From NCBI RefSeq assembly GCF_014202825.1, contig NZ_JACHHP010000005.1, forward strand, positions 11,818 to 75,817: a stretch of 64,000 nt of DNA. Reading direction: 5' to 3'. Under the pieces are notes generated by a model, which made no database searches, was not told the DNA's origin, and saw nothing but the letters and a program-made list of their open reading frames with translations. The translations under genes were made by a program, and so were the position numbers. Origin of the DNA: Chiayiivirga flava. GTDB lineage: Bacteria; Pseudomonadota; Gammaproteobacteria; Xanthomonadales; Xanthomonadaceae. Shown one piece after another: positions 24,226 to 32,618 of this stretch. Position 1 is the first letter of the stretch. Every line of letters begins with the position of its first letter.

Positions 24226-25101
24226 TCAGAGCACGTAGACGAACAGGAACAGCCCGAGCCACACCACGTCGACGAAGTGCCAGTACCACGCCACCGCTTC
24301 GAATGCGAAGTGGTTGTCCTTGCTGAAGTGACCCTTGGCACAGCGGAACCAGATCACGGTCAGCATGATCGCGCCGAGCGTGACGTGCATGCCGTGGAAG
24401 CCGGTGAGCATGAAGAAGGTCGAGCCGTAGACGCCCGAACCCAGGGTCAGGTTCAGTTCGTGGTAGGCGTGGATGTATTCCTCGGCCTGGAAGAACAGGA
24501 ACACCGCGCCGAGCAGGATGGTCGCGCCGAGCCAGATCAGCAGCTGGGTGCGGTTGGCCGCGCGCAGGGCATGGTGCGCGATGGTGATCGTCACGCCGGA
24601 CGCCAGCAGCAGCAGCGTGTTGATCAGCGGCAGGCCCCACGCCGGGATCGTCTCGAAGTCGCCACCGACATTGGACGGGCCGTTGGTCGGCCACGCCGCG
24701 TCGAAGCCCTGCCACAGCAGGTTGTGCGTCATCATTCCGTCGCCCGCGCCGCCGAGCCACGGCACCGACAGCATGCGCGCGTAGAACAGCGCGCCGAAGA
24801 ACGCCGCGAAGAACATGATCTCGGAGAAGATGAACCAGAGCATGCCCATGCGGAACGAGATGTCGACCTGGCGGTTGTAGAACCCCGCGATCGATTCGCC
24901 GATCACGCTGCGGAACCAGCCGAACAGCATGAACACCATGATCGCCAGGCCCGCATAGAACAGCGGCTGGCCCCAGCTGTGGTCGTTGAGCCAGTTGGCC
25001 ACGCCCACCATCGTGGTGAACAGGCCCACCGAACCGACGATCGGCCAGATGCTGTGGTGCGGAACGTAGTAGACGTTGGCGTCGGGTGTGGTGTGGGCCA
25101 T
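24226..25101 (-). CDS. ctaE: Cytochrome c oxidase subunit III
   Basis: MAHTTPDANVYYVPHHSIWPIVGS...HFVDVVWLGLFLFVYVL is a canonical subunit III. Confidence 0.9.
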   Translation of the reverse strand: MAHTTPDANVYYVPHHSIWPIVGSVGLFTTMVGVANWLNDHSWGQPLFYAGLAIMVFMLFGWFRSVIGESIAGFYNRQVDISFRMGMLWFIFSEIMFFAAFFGALFYARMLSVPWLGGAGDGMMTHNLLWQGFDAAWPTNGPSNVGGDFETIPAWGLPLINTLLLLASGVTITIAHHALRAANRTQLLIWLGATILLGAVFLFFQAEEYIHAYHELNLTLGSGVYGSTFFMLTGFHGMHVTLGAIMLTVIWFRCAKGHFSKDNHFAFEAVAWYWHFVDVVWLGLFLFVYVL

Positions 25102-25165
25102 GGCGGATTCCCGGACTTCGATTCGATTCAGTGATGCGGCAGGTGCAGGGCGACGACGCGGACGA

Positions 25166-25759
25166 TCACGGCGTCACGTGGGCAACGCCCTCGCTCGCGA
25201 TGCGCGCGGTGGCCAGTTCGTTGTTGTAGAACGTGTAGGACAGCGTGAGCGTGGAGACTTCGGCCGGCAGATCGGGATCGACGACGAAACGCACCGGCAT
25301 CGGACGTTCTTCGCCGGCCTCCAGGCGCTGCTCGGTGAAGCAGAAACATTCGGTCTTGTTGAAATAGTTCGACGCGGTGCTCGGCGCCACCGACGGCACG
25401 GCCTGCCCGACGATCGGCACCACGGACGTGTTGCGTGCGTAGTAGAGCGCGTCGGTCGGCTGCCCGGGATGCACCTTGACCTGCGACACCGCGGGACGGA
25501 ATTCCCACGGCAGTCCGGAGTTGACGCCGGCATCGAATTCCACCGTGACCCAGCGCGAGGTATCGACGGCGAACCCGCCTGCCTTCGCCTCGCCCACCGG
25601 CCCGTCGCCGAGCTTGATGCCGAAGATCTGCTCGCAGGCGATGCGGTAGAGCGGCACCAGCGAAAAACAGAACACGAACGCGATGGCCGCGACCACGAGC
25701 GCGCGGCGCACGACCGAGCCGGTCTCCTTTGCCGCCGCGGTGTCGCGCTCGGTGTTCAC
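25166..25759 (-). CDS. ctaG: Cytochrome c oxidase assembly protein CtaG/Cox11
   Basis: GTG start. Contains FNKTECFCFTEQ with the Cox11 copper-binding CFCF motif. Confidence 0.85.
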   Translation of the reverse strand: MNTERDTAAAKETGSVVRRALVVAAIAFVFCFSLVPLYRIACEQIFGIKLGDGPVGEAKAGGFAVDTSRWVTVEFDAGVNSGLPWEFRPAVSQVKVHPGQPTDALYYARNTSVVPIVGQAVPSVAPSTASNYFNKTECFCFTEQRLEAGEERPMPVRFVVDPDLPAEVSTLTLSYTFYNNELATARIASEGVAHVTP

Positions 25760-25887
25760 GAGGCGAACACGCCCGAGGCGATGAACGCCACGTAGATCGC
25801 GACCGCCACGAGGCCGAGCACGATCGCGGTGTTGCGAACGCTGCGGCGGCGCGTGCGGGGATCGAAACGTGGCGGGGTCGGCTGCAT
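25756..25887 (-). CDS. Small membrane protein (43 aa) between ctaD and ctaG, not in the ORF track
   Basis: My hand translation gives MQPTPPRFDPRTRRRSVRNTAIVLGLVAVAIYVAFIASGVFAS. It has a basic N-terminus and one TM helix. Its TGA overlaps the ctaG GTG start as GTGA. The position matches small cytochrome-oxidase assembly peptides seen in other proteobacterial cox operons. Confidence 0.4.
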   Translation of the reverse strand: MQPTPPRFDPRTRRRSVRNTAIVLGLVAVAIYVAFIASGVFAS

Positions 25888-25942
25888 GGCTGGTGTCTGC
25901 GGGACGGTTCGCGCGCGGCGCACGGGGCGCCGCGCTTCGCGA

Positions 25943-27580
25943 TCAGTGCGTCACGTCGTCGTGGGCGAGGTCGCCCGGCCGGATGACGGGCGGCGTGCTG
26001 AAGGTGTGATGCGGCGCCGGCGACGGCACCGTCCACTCCAGGCCCTTGGCGCCTTCCCAGGCGCGCGCCGGGGCCGGCGCGCCGAACTTCAGCGAGTGCC
26101 ACAGCACGTACATCATGATCAGCGGCGAGGCGAGCATGCCGAACGCGCCGATGGAGCTGATGAGGTTCCAGTCCGCGAACGCGACGTTGTAGTCCGGAAT
26201 GCGGCGGGGCATGCCGGCCAGGCCCAGGAAGTGCTGCGGGAAGAACAGGATGTTGACGAAGATCGCGCTCCACCAGAAGTGGAACTTGCCCAGGCCCTCG
26301 GAATACATCTTGCCGGTCCACTTCGGCCACCAGTAGTAGGTGGCGGCGATGATCGAGAACACCGCGCCGGTCACCAGCACGTAGTGGAAATGCGCGACCA
26401 CGAAGTAGGTGTCGTGGTACTGGAAATCCGCCGGCACGATCGCGAGCATCAGGCCCGAGAAGCCGCCGATGGTGAACAGGATCACGAACGCGATCGCCCA
26501 CAGCATCGGCGTCTCGAACGTCAGCGAGCCCTGCCACATCGTCGAGACCCAGTTGAACACCTTCACGCCCGTTGGCACCGCGATCAGCATCGTCGCGTAC
26601 ATGAAGAACAGCTCGCCGCCGAGCGGCATGCCGACCGTGAACATGTGGTGCGCCCACACGATGAAGCTCAGGAACGCGATCGAGGCCACCGCATAGACCA
26701 TCGCCTGGTAACCGAACAGCGGCTTGCGCGAGAACGTGGGCAGGATTTCGGAGACGATGCCGAACGCCGGGAGGATCATGATGTAGACCTCCGGGTGTCC
26801 GAAGAACCAGAAGATGTGCTGGAACATCACCGGATCGCCGCCGCCGGCTGCGCTGAAGAAGCTGGTGGCGAAGAACTTGTCGGTCAGCAGCATCGTCACC
26901 GCGCCCGCGAGCACCGGCATCACCGCGATCAGCAGGAAGGCGGTGATCAGCCAACTCCACACGAAGATCGGCATCTTGAGCAGATCCACCCCCGGCGCGC
27001 GCATGTTGAGGATGGTGGCGATGACGTTGATCGCGCCCATGATCGAGCTGATGCCCATCATGTGGATGGCGAAGATGGCGAACGCGACGTTGGAGCCGCC
27101 CTGCAGCGACAGCGGCGGGTAGAGCGTCCAGCCGCCGGCGGGCGAGCCGCCCGGCAGGAACAGCGTCAGCAGCAGCAGCGAGAACGCGAACGGCAGGATC
27201 CAGAACGACCAGTTGTTCATGCGCGGCAGCGCCATGTCCGGCGCGCCGATCTGCAGCGGGATCATCCAGTTGGCCAGGCCCACGAAGGCCGGCATCACGC
27301 CGCCGAAGATCATGACGAGCGCGTGCATCGTCGTCATCTGGTTGAAGAACTCCGGATGCACGAACTGCAGGCCCGGCACCGTGAGCTCGGCGCGGATCAC
27401 GCCCGACATCGCGCCGCCGATGAGGAACATCACGAACGCGAAGATCAGGTACAGCGTTCCGATGTCCTTGTGGTTGGTGGACAGGAACCAGCGCTGGAAG
27501 AAGGTCTGCTTGTGCCCGTGGTCGTCGTGCGCATCGTGCGCGGCGCCGTGCGCGACATCGGGGGCGGTGTAGGTGGCCAT
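25943..27580 (-). CDS. ctaD: Cytochrome c oxidase subunit I
   Basis: [48 protein letters not shown] carries all the conserved His ligands. Length 545 aa. The 1003-aa track ORF is an upstream extension artefact. Confidence 0.9.
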   Translation of the reverse strand: MATYTAPDVAHGAAHDAHDDHGHKQTFFQRWFLSTNHKDIGTLYLIFAFVMFLIGGAMSGVIRAELTVPGLQFVHPEFFNQMTTMHALVMIFGGVMPAFVGLANWMIPLQIGAPDMALPRMNNWSFWILPFAFSLLLLTLFLPGGSPAGGWTLYPPLSLQGGSNVAFAIFAIHMMGISSIMGAINVIATILNMRAPGVDLLKMPIFVWSWLITAFLLIAVMPVLAGAVTMLLTDKFFATSFFSAAGGGDPVMFQHIFWFFGHPEVYIMILPAFGIVSEILPTFSRKPLFGYQAMVYAVASIAFLSFIVWAHHMFTVGMPLGGELFFMYATMLIAVPTGVKVFNWVSTMWQGSLTFETPMLWAIAFVILFTIGGFSGLMLAIVPADFQYHDTYFVVAHFHYVLVTGAVFSIIAATYYWWPKWTGKMYSEGLGKFHFWWSAIFVNILFFPQHFLGLAGMPRRIPDYNVAFADWNLISSIGAFGMLASPLIMMYVLWHSLKFGAPAPARAWEGAKGLEWTVPSPAPHHTFSTPPVIRPGDLAHDDVTH

Positions 27581-27633
27581 CGTTGCGTACCTCTGCGGAT
27601 TCTGTGGCGTGCGGCTGCGGCGGGTGCGCCGGA

Positions 27634-28587
27634 TCAGCCGTTGCTGGAAGCGGGGACGACGGACGCTGCGGCCTGCGCGTCCGCGGCAGGTGCGGCGTCG
27701 ACCGGCGTGGCCTCCGGGGTCGCGGGCTGCGCGGCCGGTGCTTCCGGTGCCGGCTGCTGCGCCGCGAGCCACTGCTCGAACTGGTCGCGCGGCAGCGCGT
27801 TCACCACGATCGGCATGAAGCCGTGGTCCTTGCCGCACAGCTCCGCGCACTGCCCGCGGTACGTGCCGGGCGTCTTGATGTTGGTCCAGGCCTCGTTGAC
27901 GATGCCCGGGATCGCGTCCTGCTTCCAGCCCAGCGCCGGCACCCACCACGCGTGGATCACGTCGTCGGCGGTGATGACGAAGCGGATCTTGGTGTCCGTG
28001 GGCAGCACGAGCGGCTTGTCGACATCGAGCAGGTAGACGTTCTTGCCATCGGCGTTGACCACCGACTTCGGATCGATGCCCGAGTCCACGATGCGCGCCG
28101 CGTTGCTCTTGGCGTCCAGGCGGCTGACGAAGTTCACGTTGCCCGGCTGGCCGCGGTAGTTGAGGATCTCGTAGCGCCACATCCACTGGTAACCGGTGAC
28201 CTTGACGGTCATCTCGGACTCGGTGGTGTCGTACATCTTGAACAGCGTTTTCGTCGCCGGCCACGCCATCGCGATGAGCAGCAGGATCGGAATGACGGTC
28301 CAGATGATCTCGGCCGTGGTGTTGTGGCTGAACTGCGCCGCCACGGCACCTTTCGACTTGCGGAACGCGAACATCGCGTAACCCATCGCGCCGAACACCA
28401 GCACGCCGATGACCACGCAGATGCCGAAGATGAGGTTGTGCAGCCAGTGCACTTCGACCGACGTCTCGGTGACGCCCGGGGCCATGTTGAGCTGCCACGG
28501 TTGCGGATCGGCGCCGAACGCCACGCTCGCGACGAGCAGTGCGGCAAGACCGAGTCCAATGCGTAGCGAACGAGCTGCGTGGGTCAT
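27634..28587 (-). CDS. ctaC: Cytochrome c oxidase subunit II
   Basis: Signal peptide and two TM helices. CuA site [17 protein letters not shown]...[12 protein letters not shown]. Confidence 0.9.
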   Translation of the reverse strand: MTHAARSLRIGLGLAALLVASVAFGADPQPWQLNMAPGVTETSVEVHWLHNLIFGICVVIGVLVFGAMGYAMFAFRKSKGAVAAQFSHNTTAEIIWTVIPILLLIAMAWPATKTLFKMYDTTESEMTVKVTGYQWMWRYEILNYRGQPGNVNFVSRLDAKSNAARIVDSGIDPKSVVNADGKNVYLLDVDKPLVLPTDTKIRFVITADDVIHAWWVPALGWKQDAIPGIVNEAWTNIKTPGTYRGQCAELCGKDHGFMPIVVNALPRDQFEQWLAAQQPAPEAPAAQPATPEATPVDAAPAADAQAAASVVPASSNG

Positions 28588-28866
28588 TTTCTACCTCGGG
28601 GGCGCGCCCCCAGACAATCGGAATTTGGCATCCGGGTGCACGCCGCCACCTCGGCCCCCCGAGCGGACCGGCTGCACGTCCGCTGCGCAGCGGCCCTGCC
28701 GCGTCGGCCGTCGCGGTTGCGACAGGCAGGCGCGACGCCATCCGGACCATTCGGGAAAGCACGGAATGATAGTGGTTGGGGGGGCGCGCGGGCAAGACGA
28801 GCGCTGGTGCGATTGGTGCGACTGCAGCCCACACACAACGCCCGCGAGGCGCCGAGCCGAAGTTTT

Positions 28867-29057
28867 CCTTCTCCCCGTGGGAGAAGGGCGAGGCGGCTAT
28901 CGCCGGCCGAACGCAGGGCGGATGAGGGACGGGCATCGAATGCAATCGCCGCATCGGTCGAAGCGACGTTCCCGGTAGCCGGGTTGATCATCGCCACGGG
29001 ACGGCGTGGCGCCCGTCCCTCATCCGGCTGCCGCCACCTTCTCCCGGTGGGAGAAGG
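28867..29057. repeat. Family-C MITE-like element C1 (about 190 bp, palindromic termini)
   Basis: Termini are ccttctccccgtgggagaagg and ccttctcccggtgggagaagg, each itself palindromic. Subterminal inverted repeats cggatgagggacggg and cccgtccctcatccg are also present. Elements C2 and C3 share about 45 bp at each end. Confidence 0.6.
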
Positions 29058-29160
29058 AACGCAGGCTGACGGGTCTCGGCCGATCCCGTCGCTTCCAATG
29101 CCCGCAAACGACGCGACCCCGCCGGAGCGGGGTCGCGTTTCAACCGTCAGACGGCGGAAC

Positions 29161-30024
29161 TCAGCGCTTGGCCGAGGCCGTCTGGTACAGGTCGGCAGCG
29201 CGCTTCTGCAGCGCGGCGAGCTCCTCGTCCGACGCCGGCGCATCGCCCTGCTCGTTCACGACCACCTGGCCATCGGCGTTCCAGCCCACGAGCGTGGTCA
29301 CGCCCGACTGCTTGCGCTCCACCACCCACGGCTTGCCACCCTGGTAGGCATAACGGAACTCGGCCGAGCCGGCGTCGCCGTAGTCGACCTGCTCGCGCGC
29401 CATGCGGATCTGGCCGCTGGTGTCGACGAAGGCGTCCCAGCCTACCGAGATCTCCTCCTCCAGTCGCTCGCCCTTGATCCGGCGCAGGGCGCCGATCTCG
29501 CCCTCGAGCTTGCGGAAATCGGCCTTCATCTTTTCGTTCGGCGGAACATCGGCGGCCGGCTGCCCGCCGCGCACCAGTTCCAGCGCGACGCCGCTGCTCG
29601 GCGCGCCCTGGGTCAGCACGGGGACCGGGGCCGGGGTGCCGTAGAGCACGAAGGTTTCGGCCTTCAGCGCGGCCTGCAGGGCGTAGACGCGGGTCTGGTC
29701 GACCTTGGCCGGGTCGTAGCCCAGCGCCACCTGGGCCGGCATCGCCGGCGCCGGCTGGGTCGACTCGGCCACCACCACGGGCAGCGCGGCCGGATCGGTC
29801 ACGTCGACGAGCTTGAGCTCCAGCGCAATGCCGGGCGCCACCTTCGGCGCGTCCTTGATCGACACATTGGCGCTGATCGACGGACCGGACACGGCCACGG
29901 CCTGCGCCGGCACGGAGGCCGTCGCCGCTGCGGGCGCGGCGGAGTTCGGGGACGGCGGGGCTTCGCCACCGCACGCGCTCAGGGCGAACGCGGCAACCAG
30001 CGACAACGGCAAGGATTTACCCAT
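29161..30024 (-). CDS. Lipoprotein of unknown function
   Basis: ATG at 30024. MGKSLPLSLVAAFALSACGG has a lipobox. The protein is Ala/Pro-rich. The upstream part of the track ORF is rejected. Confidence 0.6.
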   Translation of the reverse strand: MGKSLPLSLVAAFALSACGGEAPPSPNSAAPAAATASVPAQAVAVSGPSISANVSIKDAPKVAPGIALELKLVDVTDPAALPVVVAESTQPAPAMPAQVALGYDPAKVDQTRVYALQAALKAETFVLYGTPAPVPVLTQGAPSSGVALELVRGGQPAADVPPNEKMKADFRKLEGEIGALRRIKGERLEEEISVGWDAFVDTSGQIRMAREQVDYGDAGSAEFRYAYQGGKPWVVERKQSGVTTLVGWNADGQVVVNEQGDAPASDEELAALQKRAADLYQTASAKR

Positions 30025-30263
30025 GATCACGACTTCTTCTGTTGGTGGATGAAGGAACACCGCGCGACGCGGGCACGCAGACGGATGGCTGCGGCGCCCG
30101 GACACGGGGCCGGCAAGGATAAACCACGCGCGTAAAAAAGACGTTGCAGCACCCGAAGTGACGAATGGCGCACGGCATTCGTCGCGCATGTGTGGGTTCG
30201 CGGGCGAAACAGGCACGACCGTCGCCCGCAATCGACCGCTCGTCTGCCGGTGCGCGAAAGTGT

Positions 30264-30292
30264 TTGCATTCTTCTTAACGAAACTTTAATTT
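30264..30292 (+). promoter_or_regulatory. Sigma70-like promoter in an AT-rich patch
   Basis: TTGCAT (30264-30269), a 17-nt spacer, then TAATTT (30287-30292). The local AT-rich stretch is gtgtttgcattcttcttaacgaaactttaatttgtg. Confidence 0.35.
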
Positions 30293-30493
30293 GTGCCGCC
30301 TCGCCGACCCTTCGGCGATGTCTCCACTCATTCCACAAGGCCGATCCATGTCCCGCTTCATCTTCGCCATCGCCAGCCCGCTCGACGCACCGGCCAGCCG
30401 CCGCGTCACGCGGACGACTGCACACGGCGCCATCACCACGGACTGATCTGCCCGCCACGCGGAGATCGGTCACCCGATCTCCGAGGCTGCACG

Positions 30494-30529
30494 AACGCCC
30501 TCGGACGCACATCCGGGGGCGTTTTTTTT
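30494..30529 (+). terminator. Rho-independent terminator
   Basis: AACGCCC-TCGGA-cgcaca-TCCG-G-GGGCGTT followed by T8 (30522-30529). This is a strong hairpin plus U-tract on the plus strand only. Confidence 0.65.
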
Positions 30530-30724
30530 GCGCGTTCGTCATGGAGCACAACACCACAATCGACGCGGGCGCACAGGCGACCGCGTGCAAGGAATCGGTG
30601 CCGCGACCCGGCATCGATGCATCGCATCAAGGAACGGCTCCCTGCGGCCCGGGTTTGTTGCCCGGCCGGTGCGCACGGCATTGCCGTCGCGTATGCCCGG
30701 AACCGGACACCGGTGCGGTGCAAG

Positions 30725-30793
30725 GCGGCGGTAGCTCAGCGGTGAGAGCACGGGCGTGTCCCGAGGTCGCCGGTTCGACTTCGGCCCGCCGCG
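30725..30793 (+). tRNA. tRNA-like element 1 with truncated anticodon arm (non-canonical; possible tRNA mimic or pseudo-tRNA)
   Basis: GCGGCGG-TA-GCTC-AGCGGTGA-GAGC-A-CGGG-CGTGT-CCCG-AGGTC-GCCGG-TTCGACT-TCGGC-CCGCCGC-G. The 7-bp acceptor pairs perfectly. D-arm and T-arm are canonical (GTAGCTCAG...GGTTCGA). The anticodon arm is only a 4-bp stem with a 5-nt loop. Length 69 nt, no CCA. Confidence 0.45.
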
Positions 30794-30865
30794 TTTGGAT
30801 AGCTCAGACGGGTAGAGCACAGAACGTTGATTCTGAAGTCGCGGGTTCGAATCCCGCTCCAAGAC
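30793..30865 (+). tRNA. tRNA-like element 2 with 6-nt anticodon loop (non-canonical)
   Basis: GTTTGGA-TA-GCTC-AGACGGGTA-GAGC-A-CAGAA-CGTTGA-TTCTG-AAGTC-GCGGG-TTCGAAT-CCCGC-TCCAAGA-C. The anticodon loop has 6 nt instead of 7 and there is a G1-A72 mismatch. Its first nucleotide is the discriminator base of element 1, so there is no spacer between the two. Confidence 0.45.
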
Positions 30866-31160
30866 ACATGACCTGTCACGTCATGACCACGGGACGCAAG
30901 TCCCTTCCACGGAAACGCCCCGCGCGGCGTTTCGTCATCCCGCCGCAGCGGCAACGCGGCGTGGTGTCGAGCGATGCAGCGGACCCATCGCCGGGTCTTC
31001 GCCTTCGCAGGGCGCGGGCCGGTCTGCAGCGTCCCGTGTGACCGCGCGGGCTGCGTTCCGGCCTCCGCCCCAACGCGCGCCTGGACTCCGCGACGTGCTT
31101 CGCCAGGGGCGCTTCCACCTATTCCGCGATGTGCGCCCGCGCATCGCAAACGCATCCAAC

Positions 31161-31350
31161 GCCCCTCTCCCGTGGGAGAGGGGTTGGGGAGAGGGTCTGG
31201 GACGAACAAAACGCCGGCAATCGCCTCGTGCCAGCAAGTCGCTGCTATTGCTTCCTTGAAATGGCAATGGCAACTCACGCAACACGACCGCAGCAGTGCA
31301 CGCCATTGCAACGCTTCGACCGAACCCTCTCCCACGGAGAGAGGGGCTCA
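31161..31350. repeat. Family-B REP inverted pair flanking a 125-bp spacer
   Basis: 31161-31196 is cccctctcccgtgggagaggggttggggagaggg. 31321-31350 is cgaaccctctcccacggagagaggggct. Confidence 0.65.
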
Positions 31351-31438
31351 ACGACATCCCCGCACGCGCGAATCGATCCGGCGCATGCGGCTTCAGCGCA
31401 AACGGATCGAACCACCAGAGCCACAAGGAGAACCCACC

Positions 31439-32563
31439 ATGTTCTGGACCAAGAGGGTCGTGATCGGCGACGGCGAGCGCGGCCTGGTGTATCGCAACAA
31501 GCAGTTCGAGGCCGTGCTCGGCCCGCGCGTGCACCGCATCGTCGACCCGTTCAACCGGGTCGTCGTGCTGACGCATTCGATCGCGAATCCCGAATACGCC
31601 GGCCGCGACATCGACACGCTGCGTGCCCGCCTCGGCGATGTGCGCTTCGACGAACTGTTCCTGCTCGTCGACCTGCGAGCCGACGAAGTCGGTCTGGTGC
31701 GTCAGCACGGCGTCATCGAGGACGTGCTCGCGCCGGGCACGCGCAAGATCTTCTGGCGCGGCGACGGCCGGTTGAGCGTCGAGCGCATGGTGCTGGACGA
31801 GGGCCTGCAACTGCGCGCGGACGTGATGCAGCGCCTGCGCCAGCTCGGCACGCTGTCGAAGGTGGCCGTGGCGGTGCACGTGCCGGCGGAGTCGACGGGC
31901 CTCGTGTTCATCGACGGCAAGCTGATGCGCTCGCTGGCGCCGGGCGCCTACGCCTTCTGGAACTTCCAGAAGAACGTGGTGGCCGAGGTCGTCGAGCAGC
32001 GCGTGCAGTCGATCGAGGTCTCGGGCCAGGAGTTGCTGACCCGCGACAAGGTCTCGCTGCGCGTGAACCTCGCCGCGTCGCTGCGCGTCGTCGATCCGGT
32101 GGCCGCGAAGACGCGCGTGGCGAAGTTCGTCGACCACGTCTACCGCGAACTGCAGTACGGCCTGCGCCGTGCCGTGGCCGCGAAGACGCTCGACGAACTG
32201 CTCGGCGACAAGGCCTCGCTCGACGCCGACATCTACGCCTACGTGCACGGCCGCGTCGGCGAGTTCGGCATCGACATGCTCGGTGTCGGCGTCAAGGACG
32301 TGATCCTGCCGGGCGAGATGAAGGAGATCCTCAACGGCGTGGTGCAGGCGGAGAAGTCGGCGCAGGCCAACGTCATCCGCCGTCGCGAGGAGGCGAACGC
32401 CACGCGTTCCCTGCTCAACACCGCGAAGCTGATCGAGGAGAGTCCGGTGCTGATGCGGCTGAAGGAACTGGAGGCGCTGGAAAAGGTCACCGAGAAGATC
32501 GACAAGCTCACCGTGTTCGGCGGCCTGGACGGCGTGCTGAAGCAGCTGGTGACGATGAAGTAG
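31439..32563 (+). CDS. SPFH/band 7 (slipin-like) domain protein with a 170-aa N-terminal extension
   Basis: ATG at 31439 with AAGGAG 8 nt upstream. The C-terminal half (TRDKVSLRVNLAASLRVVDPVAAK...VILPGEMKEILNGVVQAEKSAQANVIRRREEA) is a band-7 domain. No N-terminal TM helix. Confidence 0.8.
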   Translation: MFWTKRVVIGDGERGLVYRNKQFEAVLGPRVHRIVDPFNRVVVLTHSIANPEYAGRDIDTLRARLGDVRFDELFLLVDLRADEVGLVRQHGVIEDVLAPGTRKIFWRGDGRLSVERMVLDEGLQLRADVMQRLRQLGTLSKVAVAVHVPAESTGLVFIDGKLMRSLAPGAYAFWNFQKNVVAEVVEQRVQSIEVSGQELLTRDKVSLRVNLAASLRVVDPVAAKTRVAKFVDHVYRELQYGLRRAVAAKTLDELLGDKASLDADIYAYVHGRVGEFGIDMLGVGVKDVILPGEMKEILNGVVQAEKSAQANVIRRREEANATRSLLNTAKLIEESPVLMRLKELEALEKVTEKIDKLTVFGGLDGVLKQLVTMK

Positions 32564-32618
32564 CACCCCGCGCGCGGCGGACGGAACCACCGCGCGCGGC
32601 CTCGATGGAAGCAAGGAC

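Noticed and set aside
25943-28954. 1003-aa ORF fusing ctaD with upstream sequence
   Set aside because: The extension overlaps ctaC in another frame and the REP/MITE region. ctaD has a clean ATG at 27580 with the conserved N-terminus.
30318-30446. 42-codon ORF inside the promoter-terminator unit as a confident protein gene
   Set aside because: No recognisable RBS and no conservation evidence is available. It is kept only as part of the sRNA and small-ORF candidate.
30725-30865. Annotating the two tRNA-like elements with specific amino-acid identities
   Set aside because: The anticodon loops are 5 and 6 nt by hand folding, so no reliable anticodon can be read. Identity is left unassigned.
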